DNA of 64,000 nucleotides from Podarcis muralis (Eukaryota): positions 116,002,001 to 116,066,000 of the forward strand of contig NC_135656.1 in the NCBI RefSeq assembly GCF_964188315.1. Reading direction: 5' to 3'. Shown piece by piece: positions 11,151 to 24,275 of the stretch (position 1 is the stretch's first letter; each line of letters opens with the position of its first letter). The position numbers and the translations under genes were made by a program. The notes under the pieces were generated by a model. That model saw nothing but the letters and a program-made list of their open reading frames with translations, searched no databases and was not told the DNA's origin.

Positions 11151-12836
11151 AGTGCTCCATGTACACAGTCGTATAAACATGTGTATGCATATATTTCCTT
11201 GGTTAATGATAAAATCAAGTAATATAATTTGCCTCCCACCTTTGAGTCCTAATGGAGTTCTGCTGGTGGTTTATATGGTGCAGGGATTGGAAACCTATAG
11301 CCCTCCAGATATGGTTGGCCTCCAACTCCCATCTGCCTCATCCATTAACCAGAGATGATGGGAACTGTAGATGTCTGTCAATATCTGGTGGGTTCATGAT
11401 GCTTGATAAAGGAAATATTATACACATTGAAACTGCTGTCCTAGGCATGTCTACTGAGAAGTGAGCCCTGCTGGGCACAATGGGGCTTACTCTCAAGGAA
11501 GTGGGTAGAGGATTGCAGCCAAACAGTATTAATTAAAACCCTTTAATAAAGTACATGCAGACATGCTTTAATCTTTTTTTCTTTTTTTTTTTAAAGTAAG
11601 CGTCTTTATGGCTTATGTAGAACACATTTCTGTAATAATGTGCCAGATGTTTTTGTGAGTGGATCTATCCTATATTGTCATCCCTCGTCTTGAAATGTTT
11701 TAACAGCGGGGTCAGGGCTGGTTCCATCAGAAATTTACGGAGTGGGGAAGGTTGGGGGGACCTCTGATTCGGAAAAGGGATTGGCCTTCATCACTGCCTC
11801 CTGTGGCAGTGAGTTCCATAGTTTAACTATGTGCTTTGTGAAGAAGTGTTTCCCTTTCTCTGTCTGGAATTACCTTCCCTTCTGCTTTATTGGATGCCTC
11901 CAGTTTTCAGTGTTATGAGAGAGGGAGAAAAAATTATCCCTAGCCAAATTTCTCCACACCATGCCTTTTTTCTAAACGAAGAAGCAGAAATCATTTCACC
12001 TTTTGCTCTGGCCTCTTGACCCTTTTGATTGTGATTTTCTAAACCTCGTCCACCTCTGCTATAGCCTTTTTTTGGTGAGGCAACCAGAACTGTATGCAGT
12101 ACTCCAAATGCAGTCACACCACAGATCTGTATGACCGTGTTGTGATGCTAGCAGTTTTATTTTCAAAATCTTTCCTAATGATCCCTAACATGGAAATCAG
12201 CCATACACTGGGTTGACATTTTCATTGAGATATCCTAATTTCCATTTCATCATCTTCATTTGTCTTGAGTCACCTTCTCCAGAATGTCTCCTGCGCATAC
12301 TCCTGCCTTTTGGGAGTGGGGTGAAGAAGAAGACTATGATGTGGAATAATTTTAGCAGTTGCCATTTGTCGTACTTAATTCTTTATTTGTATGCAACCTT
12401 AGTTGCAACATCAACAAAATGCTCAATTTTTTGCTCGATAGCTTGCAGCGTCAGGGAAAAAATAACGCAATTCACTCTCACCGTCACAAAAACATAACAA
12501 AATTTAAGAAGCCGTAAGTAATAAATGAAAATGTATCAATAAATGTACAGTAAAATGAATCCTTGTGTAATTCCAAATTAGGTACAACAATAAAAATACA
12601 AAGCAATAAAAATGCCAAGCACAGCAAAAATCAATCCTCCCCTAAATTAAATCTTTACCGCCAACAAAAACTCCCAAACCAAATTCCACTGTGATAGCTT
12701 GGTGATAGGTATAGGGGTCTCTCAGCACCCTTAACAAAAACTTGGATTGTTTGGGGGAAGCCGTGACTGATTAAAAGTGGAATAATACTGCTTTAAATGT
12801 ATAGTGCAGATGGGGGCCTTTGAGACCCTGAAAAGA

Positions 12837-12957
12837 GTTAAAGTGACAGAGGCTTGTTCCTAGAGAGGCTTTGGAATGCGGGATGGGAAAAGAGCCTCTT
12901 CCTGGCCCCGCCTCCTTGGTCCAGGCAAATTTTGAACAGCTGCAGGAAGAGGTGAGT
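12837..12957 (+). promoter_or_regulatory. Putative promoter and first exon of gene C (donor GAG|GTGAGT at 12951/12952)
   Basis: Paralogous to 22370-22515; GTTAAA...GTTCCTAGAG, GC box ggccccgcctcc. Confidence 0.62.
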
Positions 12958-13516
12958 TGCACAGCAGGAGTCTATTTAGGGAAAGCAGGGGGGAAGGGTG
13001 CCCAGAGGGGACAAACTTAGAAAGGGAGTGAAGGTGGGTGATCTTCTGGAACACAGGTGCTGGCAGTGGGTTTTCCTCCTCCTTGTTCTTCTGGATTCCA
13101 AGTCCTGCCAAGTGAGTACATTACATTTACTTCGGTTCCCAGGCAGTTTAAAAATAAAATAAATCCAGGGTCTTGATATCCATTGTTTGAAAGTCCAGGA
13201 GTAGGTGCTGCTGAACTCAATGGGGCTTCCTTCTGCGTGGACACGTATAGGACTGCCTTGTTTTGTTTTGGGTTTTTTTTGCAATATATAAAAAATTTCA
13301 AACAGTTTCACAATTGTCCTCATATCAATAATTACATTATTTCATAAATTGACTTCCCACCCCCACTTCCACAGTGTTTGTTTTTACTCATACCTTTTCA
13401 CAGCATTATATCTTTATCTATTACAAAAACTTTCTCTAAACAAAAAAAATTCCTTCCAGTAGCACCTTAAAAAATTCCTTCCAGTAGCACCTTAAAGACC
13501 AACTAAGTTAGTTCTA

Positions 13517-13556
13517 GGTATGAGCTTTCGTGTGCATGCACACTTCTTCAGATACC
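13517..13556 (-). ncRNA. Minimal type I hammerhead ribozyme motif (mirror copy)
   Basis: Exact reverse complement of 13558-13597. Confidence 0.75.
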
Positions 13557-13557
13557 T

Positions 13558-13597
13558 GGTATCTGAAGAAGTGTGCATGCACACGAAAGCTCATACC
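13558..13597 (+). ncRNA. Minimal type I hammerhead ribozyme motif
   Basis: GGUAU-CUGAAGA-A-GUGUGCAUGCACAC-GAAA-GCU-C-AUACC: stem I 5 bp, complete catalytic core, palindromic stem II, AGCU mini stem III. Confidence 0.75.
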
Positions 13598-15611
13598 TAG
13601 AACTAACTTAGTTGGTCTTTAAGGTGCTACTGGAAGGAATTTTTTTTGTTTTGACTATGGCAGACCAACACGGCTACCCATCTGTAACAAAAACTTTCTC
13701 TGTTTACCGTTATCTAGGATTGCCCTGTTAAGATGCTTACATTTAGAGGTAGGGGGCATATTTTGGATTGGATTGTTTTCCTCATTTATATTTGGCCTTT
13801 TCCTCCAAGGAACTAGTGGTGGAGTGTTCATTTATTTTTATTTATTTATTTAATTGAATTTATATACCGCCCTTTCCCCGGGGGTCTCAGGGCGGTTCAC
13901 AGAATAAAATCAAGATATAAAACCACAAAATACATAATAAAAATGAAAACAACAACCCAATAGCCACCCCCTCTGTTTTCTCCTCACAACAACCCTTGCA
14001 GCGGTTCTCAACCTTTGGGTCCCCAGATGTTGTTGGACTACAACTCCCATCATCCCTGAGCTCTGGCCTTGCTAGCTAGGGGTGATGGGAGTTGTAGTTC
14101 AACAACATCTGGGGACCCACAGGTTGAGAAAAGCTGCTAGAGGAAGGCCAGAATGAGAGATCGTGACCGAATGAAGGTCACTCAAGCCCCATCTGCACTA
14201 TACTTTTATATCGGTAGGATACCACTTTAAACAGTCATGGCGTCTCTCAAAAGATCATTGGAACTGCATTTTGTTAAAGGTTCCGAGGGTTGTTAGAGTA
14301 CCCACAGAGCTAAAATCCTCAGGGTGGTTTAAGGAGAAACGCTTCTTCCCAAGGAAGGGCCTCCTCCAGATGCCGTCTTACCTGGAAGTCCACTCCTGTG
14401 GTGGTGGTGCAGTTGATGGAGAGCTGGACTAAGACCTTGGAGACCACTCAGCCATGATACTCACTGGGTGAGCTTGGGCTCAGTCACAATCTCTCAGCCT
14501 AAATTATCTCACAGGTCACACCCCTTGAACTTCTTGGGGAAAGGTGGGATAAAAATGTAGCAATAAAAGAGGAGGAATAATGAAGGAATTGGGCCTTTAG
14601 TGTTGTGGCACCTACTGTTTGGAATGCCCTCTTGTTGATTATTATAAAGGTGTTGCCTCTGTTGTCTTTTCGGCACCTACTCAGTCTGCCACTGGATTGG
14701 ATTTTTTTGGGGTGTGCGTATCACTTGTTGTTTGCTGCCCTGGGCTCCTTTGGGAAGAGGGATGGGGGTATAAATTTAATAAAGCAAAAAATTAAAATAA
14801 ATAAATTCTTCAACTCAGCAGGTTATGAAAGATGACAACATGAAAGAAGTTAAAATGGAGAACCATGAAAAAGGAGCCAGGTTTCCATGAGGTCTGAGGC
14901 TGGTGAGGGTGGACAGACTCTTGCTGGGAGGACAATCTCATGTCCCCTGACCAAACTGCAGTCTGTGCAGGTAAGGGAACAGGGAGAACCCACAGCTATT
15001 TCTCAAATATTTTCTGATGCCACAATATTTATAGCTGTTAAGAGATTCTGTTCAAGAGACTAGGGCTGTGTGAATGCTACACCTTTAAAGCACAGTCTTT
15101 CCCTCAGTGAATTCTGGGCACTGTAGTTTGTTAAGGGTTGCGGATAATTGTAACTGTGGGGTGGAAACTGCAATGCCCAGAATTCTTGTGAAGGAAATAA
15201 CGTGTTTCTCCTGTTTAGTGTATACACAGCCATATGCAATAAATGCCCCTTAGAGAGCCCTAAAGACAGGCTGCATACACACCATACGTTTAAAGCACCT
15301 TTAAAGCACACGACTCCCTCCAAAGAAGTCTGGGAATTGTAGTTTGTGAAGAGTGTTGGGAATTGTAGCTCTGTGATGGGGAAATTACAGTTTCTGCGAT
15401 TCTTGGGGGGAAGCCGTGTGATTTAAATGTATGGTGTGTCTGTAGCCTTTAGGTGTCTTAGTACCATTGGCTTTGTTTAAAGATATACAAGCAGAATCAT
15501 ACTAAAGGGTTATGCCTACAAGGAACTTCCAAAAGGAACAGCTGTGGCAGAATCATTCTCCAAGTCTTCAATCTCACTTTCAGTTAATTCCAGCTAGAAA
15601 CCTCCCTTGCT

Positions 15612-15615
<4 letters not shown>

Positions 15616-15692
<77 letters not shown>

Positions 15693-15697
15693 ACACA
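15616..15697. repeat. Compound (TC)n(AC)n microsatellite
   Basis: Direct reading. Confidence 0.95.
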
Positions 15698-16802
15698 AAC
15701 AATCTATCAAATAGATATAGAAATAGCTCTGCAAACACGTCCCATCTAGCCACAGTAGGAAGCACCACTTCGGCCTCTGAACACCACTTGTTGGGAATCA
15801 CATCTGGTGATCACTGTGAGAACAGGATGCTAGACTAGATGGATCACTTAACTTTAAAAATAAGTAAGTCCCTAACTGGCATAATAAAATAACACGAAAA
15901 CAATAAAATAGCTTTATGAGAACAGCAAATCAACAATACTGAAAGAGGAATGATAGGGACTGATCTTATGGGTCAAGGAAAGTCTGGGCAAAAAAGATAT
16001 GTATTTGCAAGATTCCACCTGTTTAGAGATAATGAAGTCTTATATAAATTGATTTGGCTTGGTTTCCCCAGCCACGCTGGTGACTTCCAGCAAAATATAA
16101 AAAATAATAAAGTGTCAGAATTATGCTTCATGTGTGGTGGGGGGAAAGTCTTCCACAGTGCAGGGGCAAAGTCAGAAAATGTACGTCTTTGGCACACTGC
16201 CGTGTGATACTCTGTAGGGTGCAGTGTCGTGAGTAAAAATTTCCTCAGATCGTTGATGTGTTATTACAGGGTCTCTTCAGCGGTAGGCAGTCTTTCAGGG
16301 CTCCAAATTATTCAGGGCTTTTATGTGTGTGTCACAAAAGACCTTGAATGTGGCCTGGTAGCTGATGGACAGTCATTGCAGCTCCCTTAGTGTGGATATA
16401 ATATGTATAATAATAATAGTATTGTGAAGCTGCATGACACTGGTGTTTTATACCTGAAGGCTGGTATAAAAAGTACTTAAAAACAAATAAATAATAAATA
16501 CCACTCAGCAATAGTCCCTTCAGCGTAGCTTGACTGTCTCACTTTGCCTCAGGCTTCATGGTCGCTAGGCCAAGGCTGCGGGCACATCATTTAAAGCACA
16601 GGGTCCTACACACCACAAAGAATCCCAGGCTGATAGGAATTGTAGCTCTGTGAGAGGCAAACTGAAGTTCCCAGGATTTTTTGGAGAGGAAAATGTGCTT
16701 TAAATGTATGGTGCATATTCAGTCTCTGTCTCTCTTTGGTAATTGTTTCATGACCTCTGGATGTAGGGTGTCGACTCACAGTTGAATCTCTCTTTCCTTC
16801 AG

Positions 16803-18640
16803 ATATGGAGTCTATGAATGAGGAAGCGAACAAGACCCCAGAGCTGAAGAGCTCTGAGCTGAGGGAGCCACTCCAGGCAGCAGTGCAGACAGCCAAAGAG
16901 CAAGATACCCAGTGCGTTGCGAAGGTGGAAGCTGTTTTGAGACAACGGGTGGGAAATCCAGGCAGGATAGTAAATAAGACGATTAGATGTTCAGAAAGCA
17001 GCAAAGACTTGGATGAAATCTCAGCCAAGGAGGCAAAAGGGAAGGATGAGGGACAAGTAACCTCAACAGAATGTGAGAACAGCTCCTCCATTGCAGAAGA
17101 GAGGCCGTATAAGTGCTCAGACTGTGGGAAAACCTTCTGTAGGAATGCTAACCTTATTAGACATTATAGAACCCACACAGGGGAGAAACCCTATGAATGC
17201 ACCGTATGTGGGAAAAGCTTCTCTCAGAAAGGAAATCTTGCTATGCATGAGAGAATCCATGCAGAAGAGAAGCCGTACAAGTGTTTGCATTGTGGGAAAT
17301 CCTTCTGTAAGAACGCCGACCTCCTCCGACACCAGCGCAATCATACAGGGGAGAAACCGTATCAGTGCTCCGTGTGCGGGAGAAGCTTCAGCATGAATTC
17401 TGACTTTATTATACATTTCAGAACCCACACAGGAGAGAAGCAACATGAATGCTCAAAATGCGGCAAAAGCTTCAATAAGAAATGTAACCTGGTTGCACAC
17501 GCCAGGACCCATAGCGGGGAGAAACCGTACAAATGCTCAGAGTGCGAGAAATCTTTCTCTACAAACTCGGAAGTCTTTAAACATTACAGAACCCACTCAG
17601 AAAACAAACCTTACGACTGCTGGAACTGTGGCAAGAGGTTCAGGCAGGAATCGCATTTAGCCGCACATAGGAGAATCCACACTGGGGAGAAGCCATACGA
17701 ATGCTCAGGCTGTGGGCAGAAATTTACTCGGAAAGGAAACCTCACTCTTCACGAGAGAATCCACACAGAAGAGAAACCATACAAATGCTTGGAATGCGGC
17801 AAATCGTTCCAAGCAAACTACAAACTTATTGCACATCAGAGACTCCATGCAGGAGAGGCTCCATATGAATGTCCGGACTGCGGCAAAAGCTTCATCCGAA
17901 AAGGGAGACTCACAGCACACCTACAGTTCCACTCAGAGAAGAAACCATATGAATGTTTGGATTGTGGGAAATCCTTTCTTATGAACTCCGATCTCCTTAG
18001 ACATCAGAGAACCCACACGGGCGAGAAACCATATGAATGCTCAGACTGTAAGAAAAGCTTTAGCCGGAAAGACGGCCTTCTCAAACATATAATCATCCAT
18101 TCAGGGGAGCAATCGCAGACGTATGAGAAACCCTATGGATGCTTGCACTGTGGCAGAAGCTACAATTACAAGCAAAATCTCATTATCCATATGAGAAACC
18201 ACAGCGGAGAAAAGCCCTATCGGTGTTCAGACTGCGATAAGGCCTTTAATACAAACTCCGAGCTTACTAAACATCGGAGAATGCACACAGGAGAGAAACC
18301 GTACAAGTGCTCTGAGTGCGGGAAAAGCTTTAGCCAGAAAGGAGACCTCATTGTCCATGTGAGGATCCACACAGGGGAGAAACCATATAAATGTACCGAT
18401 TGCGGCAAATGTTTTAGCCTTAGTTACCTTGTGATCCGCCACCAGCAAATGCACACAGGGGAGAAACCGTTTCTGTGTTCTGAATGTGGGAAATGTTTTG
18501 GTATACGCTCAAAACTTATTCGGCACCAGTTGACTCACACAGGAGAAAAACCATACAAGTGCCTGGACTGCGGTCAGTGTTTCACTCGTAAAACGAACCT
18601 TTTCAAACATATGGCAGCCCATTCAGCGAAGAAGCCATAG
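16803..18640 (+). CDS. Gene C zinc-finger exon: spacer plus 18 C2H2 fingers
   Basis: ORF 16805..18640; acceptor ctctttccttcag|ATATG at 16802/16803. Confidence 0.93.
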
Positions 18641-18902
18641 AAATCCCCTGGAGCAGGCATTGAGTTGATCCATGATTGCTATAGTTGTATTCCTCACAAG
18701 TGAATGCACACAGAGCAAAGCAGTGTTCCTAATGGGGGAAAGTTTCAATCTCTCATCAGCCTCAAAGTAGCTTATATGGCACAGTTAATTTTCTAAGAGC
18801 AATAAGATCCTTCAGGAAGCACTTAATAAGCAAGGGTCAATTAAGGAATTGTGTACTCCAAAGGGAGGTAATTGAAATACAGAGCATAATCATAATAAAA
18901 TA

Positions 18903-19140
18903 CAGTCGTACCTTGGAAGTCGAACGGAATCCATTCCAGAAGTCCGTTTGACTTCCAAAACGTTCGGAAACCAAAGCGCGGCTTCTGAAACTCTGGAACT
19001 TCCTGCAGCCAATCGAAAGCCCCGTTGGATGTTCGGGTTCCAAAGAATGTTCACAAACCAGAAGACTCACTTCCAGCTTTGTGGCATTCGGGAGCCAAAA
19101 CGTCCGAGTACCAAGGCGTTTGAGATCCAAGGTACAACTG
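18903..19140. mobile_element. Tigger/pogo-like (TcMar) MITE
   Basis: TIRs CAGTCGTACCTTGGA / TCCAAGGTACAACTG; TA on both sides. Confidence 0.8.
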
Positions 19141-19142
19141 TA

Positions 19143-19288
19143 TGTTCTATAAAGATGAAAATATAGATCTTAAAACTGAAATATTTGTGTGAAAATGAAT
19201 GAGAGTTATTCAGCAGGAACTAGCTTTGGAAGGCTACAAATGGATCTGGGCTAGGAGACCACCACAAATTATATCTGTAGATTGGAAG

Positions 19289-19346
<58 letters not shown>

Positions 19347-19630
19347 ATGCAATATCAATAGTATCTGATTCTTTATTGACTTTCTCAGACACACACATTG
19401 GTAATTCAAACTTATTGCTTTACTGTCCAAAATGTTGTCTTAGAATGACCGGGTATTTATTACCAAATGATCCAAAAATATTATTATTGATCTATTTACA
19501 AGGGTTAGTAGTGGAGATGGATCTGGCTCTGGTTTCGTATTTGCTGAAAGCAGCAAAAAGAATAATTACTAAAGCGTGGAAGATGAAATTGGCACCATCG
19601 ATTCTGACTGGTCTGGAAAGTTAGTGAATA
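19143..19630 (+). mobile_element. L1 ORF2 C-terminal fragment interrupted by (TA)n
   Basis: CPKC...P.ILLL...LL.AAK..I.KAWK pattern of the L1 ORF2 end in ORF 19199..19624. Confidence 0.6.
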
Positions 19631-20166
19631 TCGTAATACTGTTATTACCGGTCATTTATTACTTGCTCTTCACCAGGACCAAGGGTAGGTTACAACAATT
19701 TAAAATTCTGAAAAACAGTCAAAACAGATTGCAATCACAGGAGTAGGGAAAAACACATTTTGAGTGTCCAAGGCTGGTGTAAAGAGATGGTAAGGAAATA
19801 CATGAACAAACATTTATAAAGAAAAAGGGCCCCTCCCAGAAAGAAGAGGGCAAGGAGAAAAAGGAAGTGCAAAGCCCGCTGAGGGGGAGTTAGGGCTGGT
19901 CCTCACCCCAACCAGGGCTGGATTAACCATTAAGCAAAATAAGGCCATGCTTAGGGCATCAAGGTTAGAGAGGCATTACAGAAATTACACATTACACAAA
20001 GAAGGCTCTTGCAACAAATGGAAAAAAATTCATATTATATATACAATAATAAAAAATAAATATAAAGTGGAAGTATGCAAAAATAAACATTATTCTCCAT
20101 CTTACTGTAGGCTTTGTTTCATTTCAGAATTATTTTTTTACAGTTTATTATTGTTCATATTGTTTA

Positions 20167-20840
20167 TGAAGGACCAGGTGTGCAGCCTGGGAGTCATTTT
20201 GGACTCTCAGCTGTCCATGGAGGCGCAGGTCAATTCTGTGTCCAGGGCAGCTGTCTACCAGCTCCATCTGATATGCAGACTAAGACCCTATCTGCCTGCG
20301 GACTGTCTTACCAGAGTGGTGCATGCTCTGGTTATCTCTCACTTGGACTACTGCAATGCGCTCTATGTTGGGCTACCTTTGAAGGTGACCCGGAAACTAC
20401 AACTAATCCAATGCAGCAGCTAGACTGGTGACTGGGTGCGGCTGCCGAGACCACATAACACCGGTCTTGAAAGATCTACATTGGCTCCCAGTACGTTTCA
20501 GAGCACAATTCAAAGTGTCGGTGCTGACCTTTAAAGCCCTAAACAGCCTCGGTCCAGTATACCTGAAGGAGCATCTCCACCCCCATCGTTCTACCCGAAC
20601 ACTGAGGTCCAGTGCCAAGGGCCTTCTGGTGGTTCCCTCAGAGTGAGAAGCCAAGTTACAGAGAACCAGGCAGAGGGCCTTCTTGGTAGTGGCGCCCTCC
20701 CTGTGGAATGCCCTCCCACCAGATGTCAAAGAGAACAACTACCAGACTTTTAGAAGACATCTGAAAGCAGCCCTCTTTAGGGAAACTTTTAATGTTTGAT
20801 GGATTATTATATTTTAATATTTTGTTGGAAAGCCCAGCCA
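20167..20840 (+). mobile_element. 5'-truncated L2 LINE
   Basis: DQVCSLGVILDSQLSMEAQ...HLDYCNALYVGLPLKVTRKLQL; same family as 10262-11150. Confidence 0.85.
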
Positions 20841-22369
20841 AACGGGCGTCCTGTTCTCATGGTGGCCAACAATATGACTCTGGGAAACCAGGAAGCAGGA
20901 CCTGCCTGAGCACAAGGGCCTTCTCGCCTGCAGTTTCTAGCACTTTGCATTCAGAAGAATTAGTGCCTCTGACAGTTGAATGCAGAGGACTTTGTGGAGG
21001 AGTCTGGTTGGCTGTGGTGAGAAGCAGGATGCAGGAATCAAGAGGTTTTGGGTTGGATCCAGCAGCGCTCTGGACACATATCCCACCCCCCGAATTCTTA
21101 CCTGTGTTTTTGGGGACTGCCGTGCCATCTCACTTTCTTGTGTCCTTTATTTATTTATATGTATCTGATAAATATGGTTATTTATCTCCTGCCTTCCAAG
21201 ACAGCTCATGATGATGATAGTAGGCTTCAATAATATCAAAAGTTGAAAACCTGTGGAGGCAAAACATCTAAAACCAGCAAAAATGATTCATAATAGCCTT
21301 GGAGAAAAAGGAAGAATCTCCCATGACCTTTTTTAAAATCAGGAAAGTTGAGAGTTTCACATGAATGAGGCCGCCATTGAGAAAGATTGCTGCCTGTCAA
21401 GCTAATATTGAACGGAATAGTAAGGCAACTTCTTATGCTCTAATGCTACATATCTCTTATTCTGATATTTTATCAGATTCATTAAGTATGAACTTCTAAG
21501 AATTGTTGTGAAAAAATAATAAAACGTTTGAATTTGCAGCTTTAAATTACGACCGCACAAAAGTGGTGACATATTAAAGTGTGTTTATGATGCTGGTCCA
21601 CTCTTTATTATTATTATTAAAGTAAAGTCATTTCATAATGTTTTGCAACATTGGCAGACCTGGTCAATCCAGGATTGTCTCCCCGCAGTCCCACCCCAGA
21701 GACTCTGTAATACTGGAACCCTTGGAGATATGTATTCAAAATCCCACAACGCCATTAAGCTCAGTGGGTGACCTTGGTCCAGATGCAGAGTCGCAGCCTG
21801 GCCTACCTCACAGGGTTGTTGAGTGGATAGAGTTGGGACAGAGCATGAACCTCAGGCTTGTTGTAGGAATGGTCTATTATCTGTCTGTCATCTATCTATT
21901 CTGTAAACCACCCTAAGACCCCCAGGTGTAGGATGGTATATAAATTCAATATCTATCTATCATCTATCTATCTATCTATCTAACAAATAAATGCAGTGAA
22001 TCTTAATTATGTGCCTTAGGTCGACATAAGGTGTGTTTTTTAAAAAAAAACAACCTAGACTTTCCCCTTTTGCTTGTGATGCAAGAGTTTAAGGCATTTT
22101 TGGCTGCAGAGTTGTATACACAGGCAAGAAACTGCTCATGCAGCCCAGAGGGTCACAGAATCATAGAACTGTAAAGCTGGAAGGGACCCCAAGGGTCATC
22201 TAGTCCAACCCCCTTGGCAAAGCAGGAATCTCAACTAAAGAAAAACAAAACCAGCACTTCTGAATTTTGCTTGGTTTTTTTGGGACAAGCCATAGACAAA
22301 GTAGCACAGGGCACTGAGTGACAGCAGCGGCAGCGGTGAGCTTTTTTGCCATGCAGACTTCCAGAAGGC

Positions 22370-22515
22370 GTTAAAGTGAGAGAGAGGCTTGTTCCTAGAG
22401 AGGCCCGGGAATGCTAGGAAAGGCAGATGGGGAAAGGGCCTATTCCTGGCCCGCCTCCTTGGTCCAGGGGAGGGCAACCTTTGAATGGCTGCAGGAGGAG
22501 GAGGAGGAGGTGAGT
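22370..22515 (+). promoter_or_regulatory. Putative promoter and first exon of gene D (donor at 22509/22510)
   Basis: Paralogous to 12837-12957; shared motif, GC box, GAG|GTGAGT. Confidence 0.62.
22485..22509 (+). CDS. Putative coding end of gene D exon 1 (MAAGGGGG, phase 1)
   Basis: ATG at 22485 leaves a phase-1 donor matching the phase-1 acceptor at 25432; the joined frame is open. Confidence 0.5.
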
Positions 22516-23054
22516 TGCCCTGCTCCAGGAGCCTTAGGCAATGCAGAGCAAGAGGGGAAGGGTGCCTGGAGGGGACAAATTTAGGAGGCGAAAGAGCTGC
22601 ATTCTGGTTTCATATCGATAGGGAATAGGCGCCTCTCTCCCCTCTTTCTTTTGTAAGCCAGTGGCAGAGCATCCGCTTTGCATGCAGAAGGTCCTGGTTC
22701 AAGTCCCAGGGGCACATCCTGGTAGGGTTGCCTGAAACCCTGGAGTGACCTTGCCAGTCATTGTCCTTAGCTACGTGGACCGGTGGTCCTGTGGTCCTTA
22801 TCAGGGTTAGAAACTCCGATATATAAGCTAGGTGCCAAATGGCTCCTTAAACCAAGGTTGCAGTTGCCAAAATGGAATGTTTTAGTTGCCCTTTTGGGGG
22901 CAAGAAGCCTCTAAAGTTTTATTTTTCAAATGATGAACTGACTGTGACTGATTCTCAAATAAACATCTGGCTAGTTCAAATGACAGGCTAGGTTAAGAGC
23001 TTTGAGAACTTAAAGAAGAAAAGGCGTTTGATCCAGGGACAGGCCACAGAGATA

Positions 23055-23284
23055 CAGTCATACCTCAGGTTACAGACGCTTCAGGTTGCGTTTTTTCGGG
23101 TTATGGACGCACTGAAACCCAGAAGTACCGGAACAGGTTACTTCCGGGTTTCAGCGGCCGCGCATGCGCAGAAGCGCTGAATTGCAACCTGCTCGTGCGC
23201 AGACGCAGCACAGTGGGTTGCGATTGCTGCTGGTTGCGAACCTGCCTCCCGCATGGATCACGTTCACAACCCAAGTGTCCACTA
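23055..23284. mobile_element. Tigger-like MITE, diverged
   Basis: TA+CAGTCATACCTCAGGTT left TIR; weak right TIR. Confidence 0.55.
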
Positions 23285-24275
23285 TATTGGTCTATTCCGA
23301 CCTCTTTTTCTTAAGGGTGACTGCTCCTGCTCAGGCTGCAGGGTTCCAGAACGTCACTCCGATTGTGCAGATAAAATATAACTGATAGAAGTTCACAGGG
23401 TTGGGTGAAAACAGTCCCTATCCAATGATCCCCAGGTGGTGGAGATGTCAGGCACCATCTTGGTGCCCATATGTTGTTTGTTTGCTTGTTTGTTCCATTT
23501 CTATACTGCTTTATATTTTTAAGAAAAATCTCAAAGCAGTTTACAGCATATTAAAACATCAGTAAAATAATCCAGAATCAAACATTTCAGAAGAAAGTCA
23601 AATATAGAGTATACAGTCAAAGCAACATAATTAACAGAACTAAAATATTATCTTAAAGATTTCAAAATAAAACATTACAAAGGAGGTCAACTACAGAATA
23701 CATTTAACAGAAACAAAGTTAACAAAACTCTTATTTTTTTTTAAACCAATGCTAAGTGAAGTCAAATATAAAATGCAAATTTATTACAGCATAACTAACA
23801 AGAGAATAAAATATTATCATAAGCATGGCATGGCTGTTTGGCAGGCACAAAAAGATGGGGCAAAAGAATCCAATAGGGGTTTGTTGTCAGGCATAGCGAT
23901 GTTCCTCCGGTCTCACCAGGCGCCTCTTTAGTAGAGCTGGTGAGTCTGGGCCCTGCCCCTAGGCTAGGTGGAAAGGGCCTTGCAGGGAGTGGCCTTCAAG
24001 ACTCAGGGCCAGGCGATGTTGTTGTGACTACAACTCCCATCATCCCTGATCACTGGTCATGCTGACTGGGGCTGATAGGAATTGCAGTTCAAAGCCTCTG
24101 GAGGGGAAGGGTGCTAGCTCAGAAAACAGAGAATGAGCATCTCCTTTGCATTCAGAAGGCACCACGGTCAGTCCCAGGTGGGGCTGGGAATGTCCCCTGC
24201 CTGAAGCTCTGGGGGGCAACTGCCACTCACACAACAGCACTTGTGAAGCAATTGGCATTGTGTCTTTGGCTAGAG

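Larger units (their letters stand above)
13438..13686. mobile_element. Penelope-like element remnant: head-to-head inverted pseudo-LTRs
   Basis: Perfect palindrome 13469-13645 centred on T13557; 15-bp TSD acaaaaactttctct at 13423-13437 and 13687-13701. Confidence 0.82.

Noticed and set aside
16270-16360. Possible KRAB-like exon for gene C (ttacag|ggtctcttcag...)
   Set aside because: Only a short resemblance to the gene E exon start; the phase-0 reading hits a stop and there is no good donor
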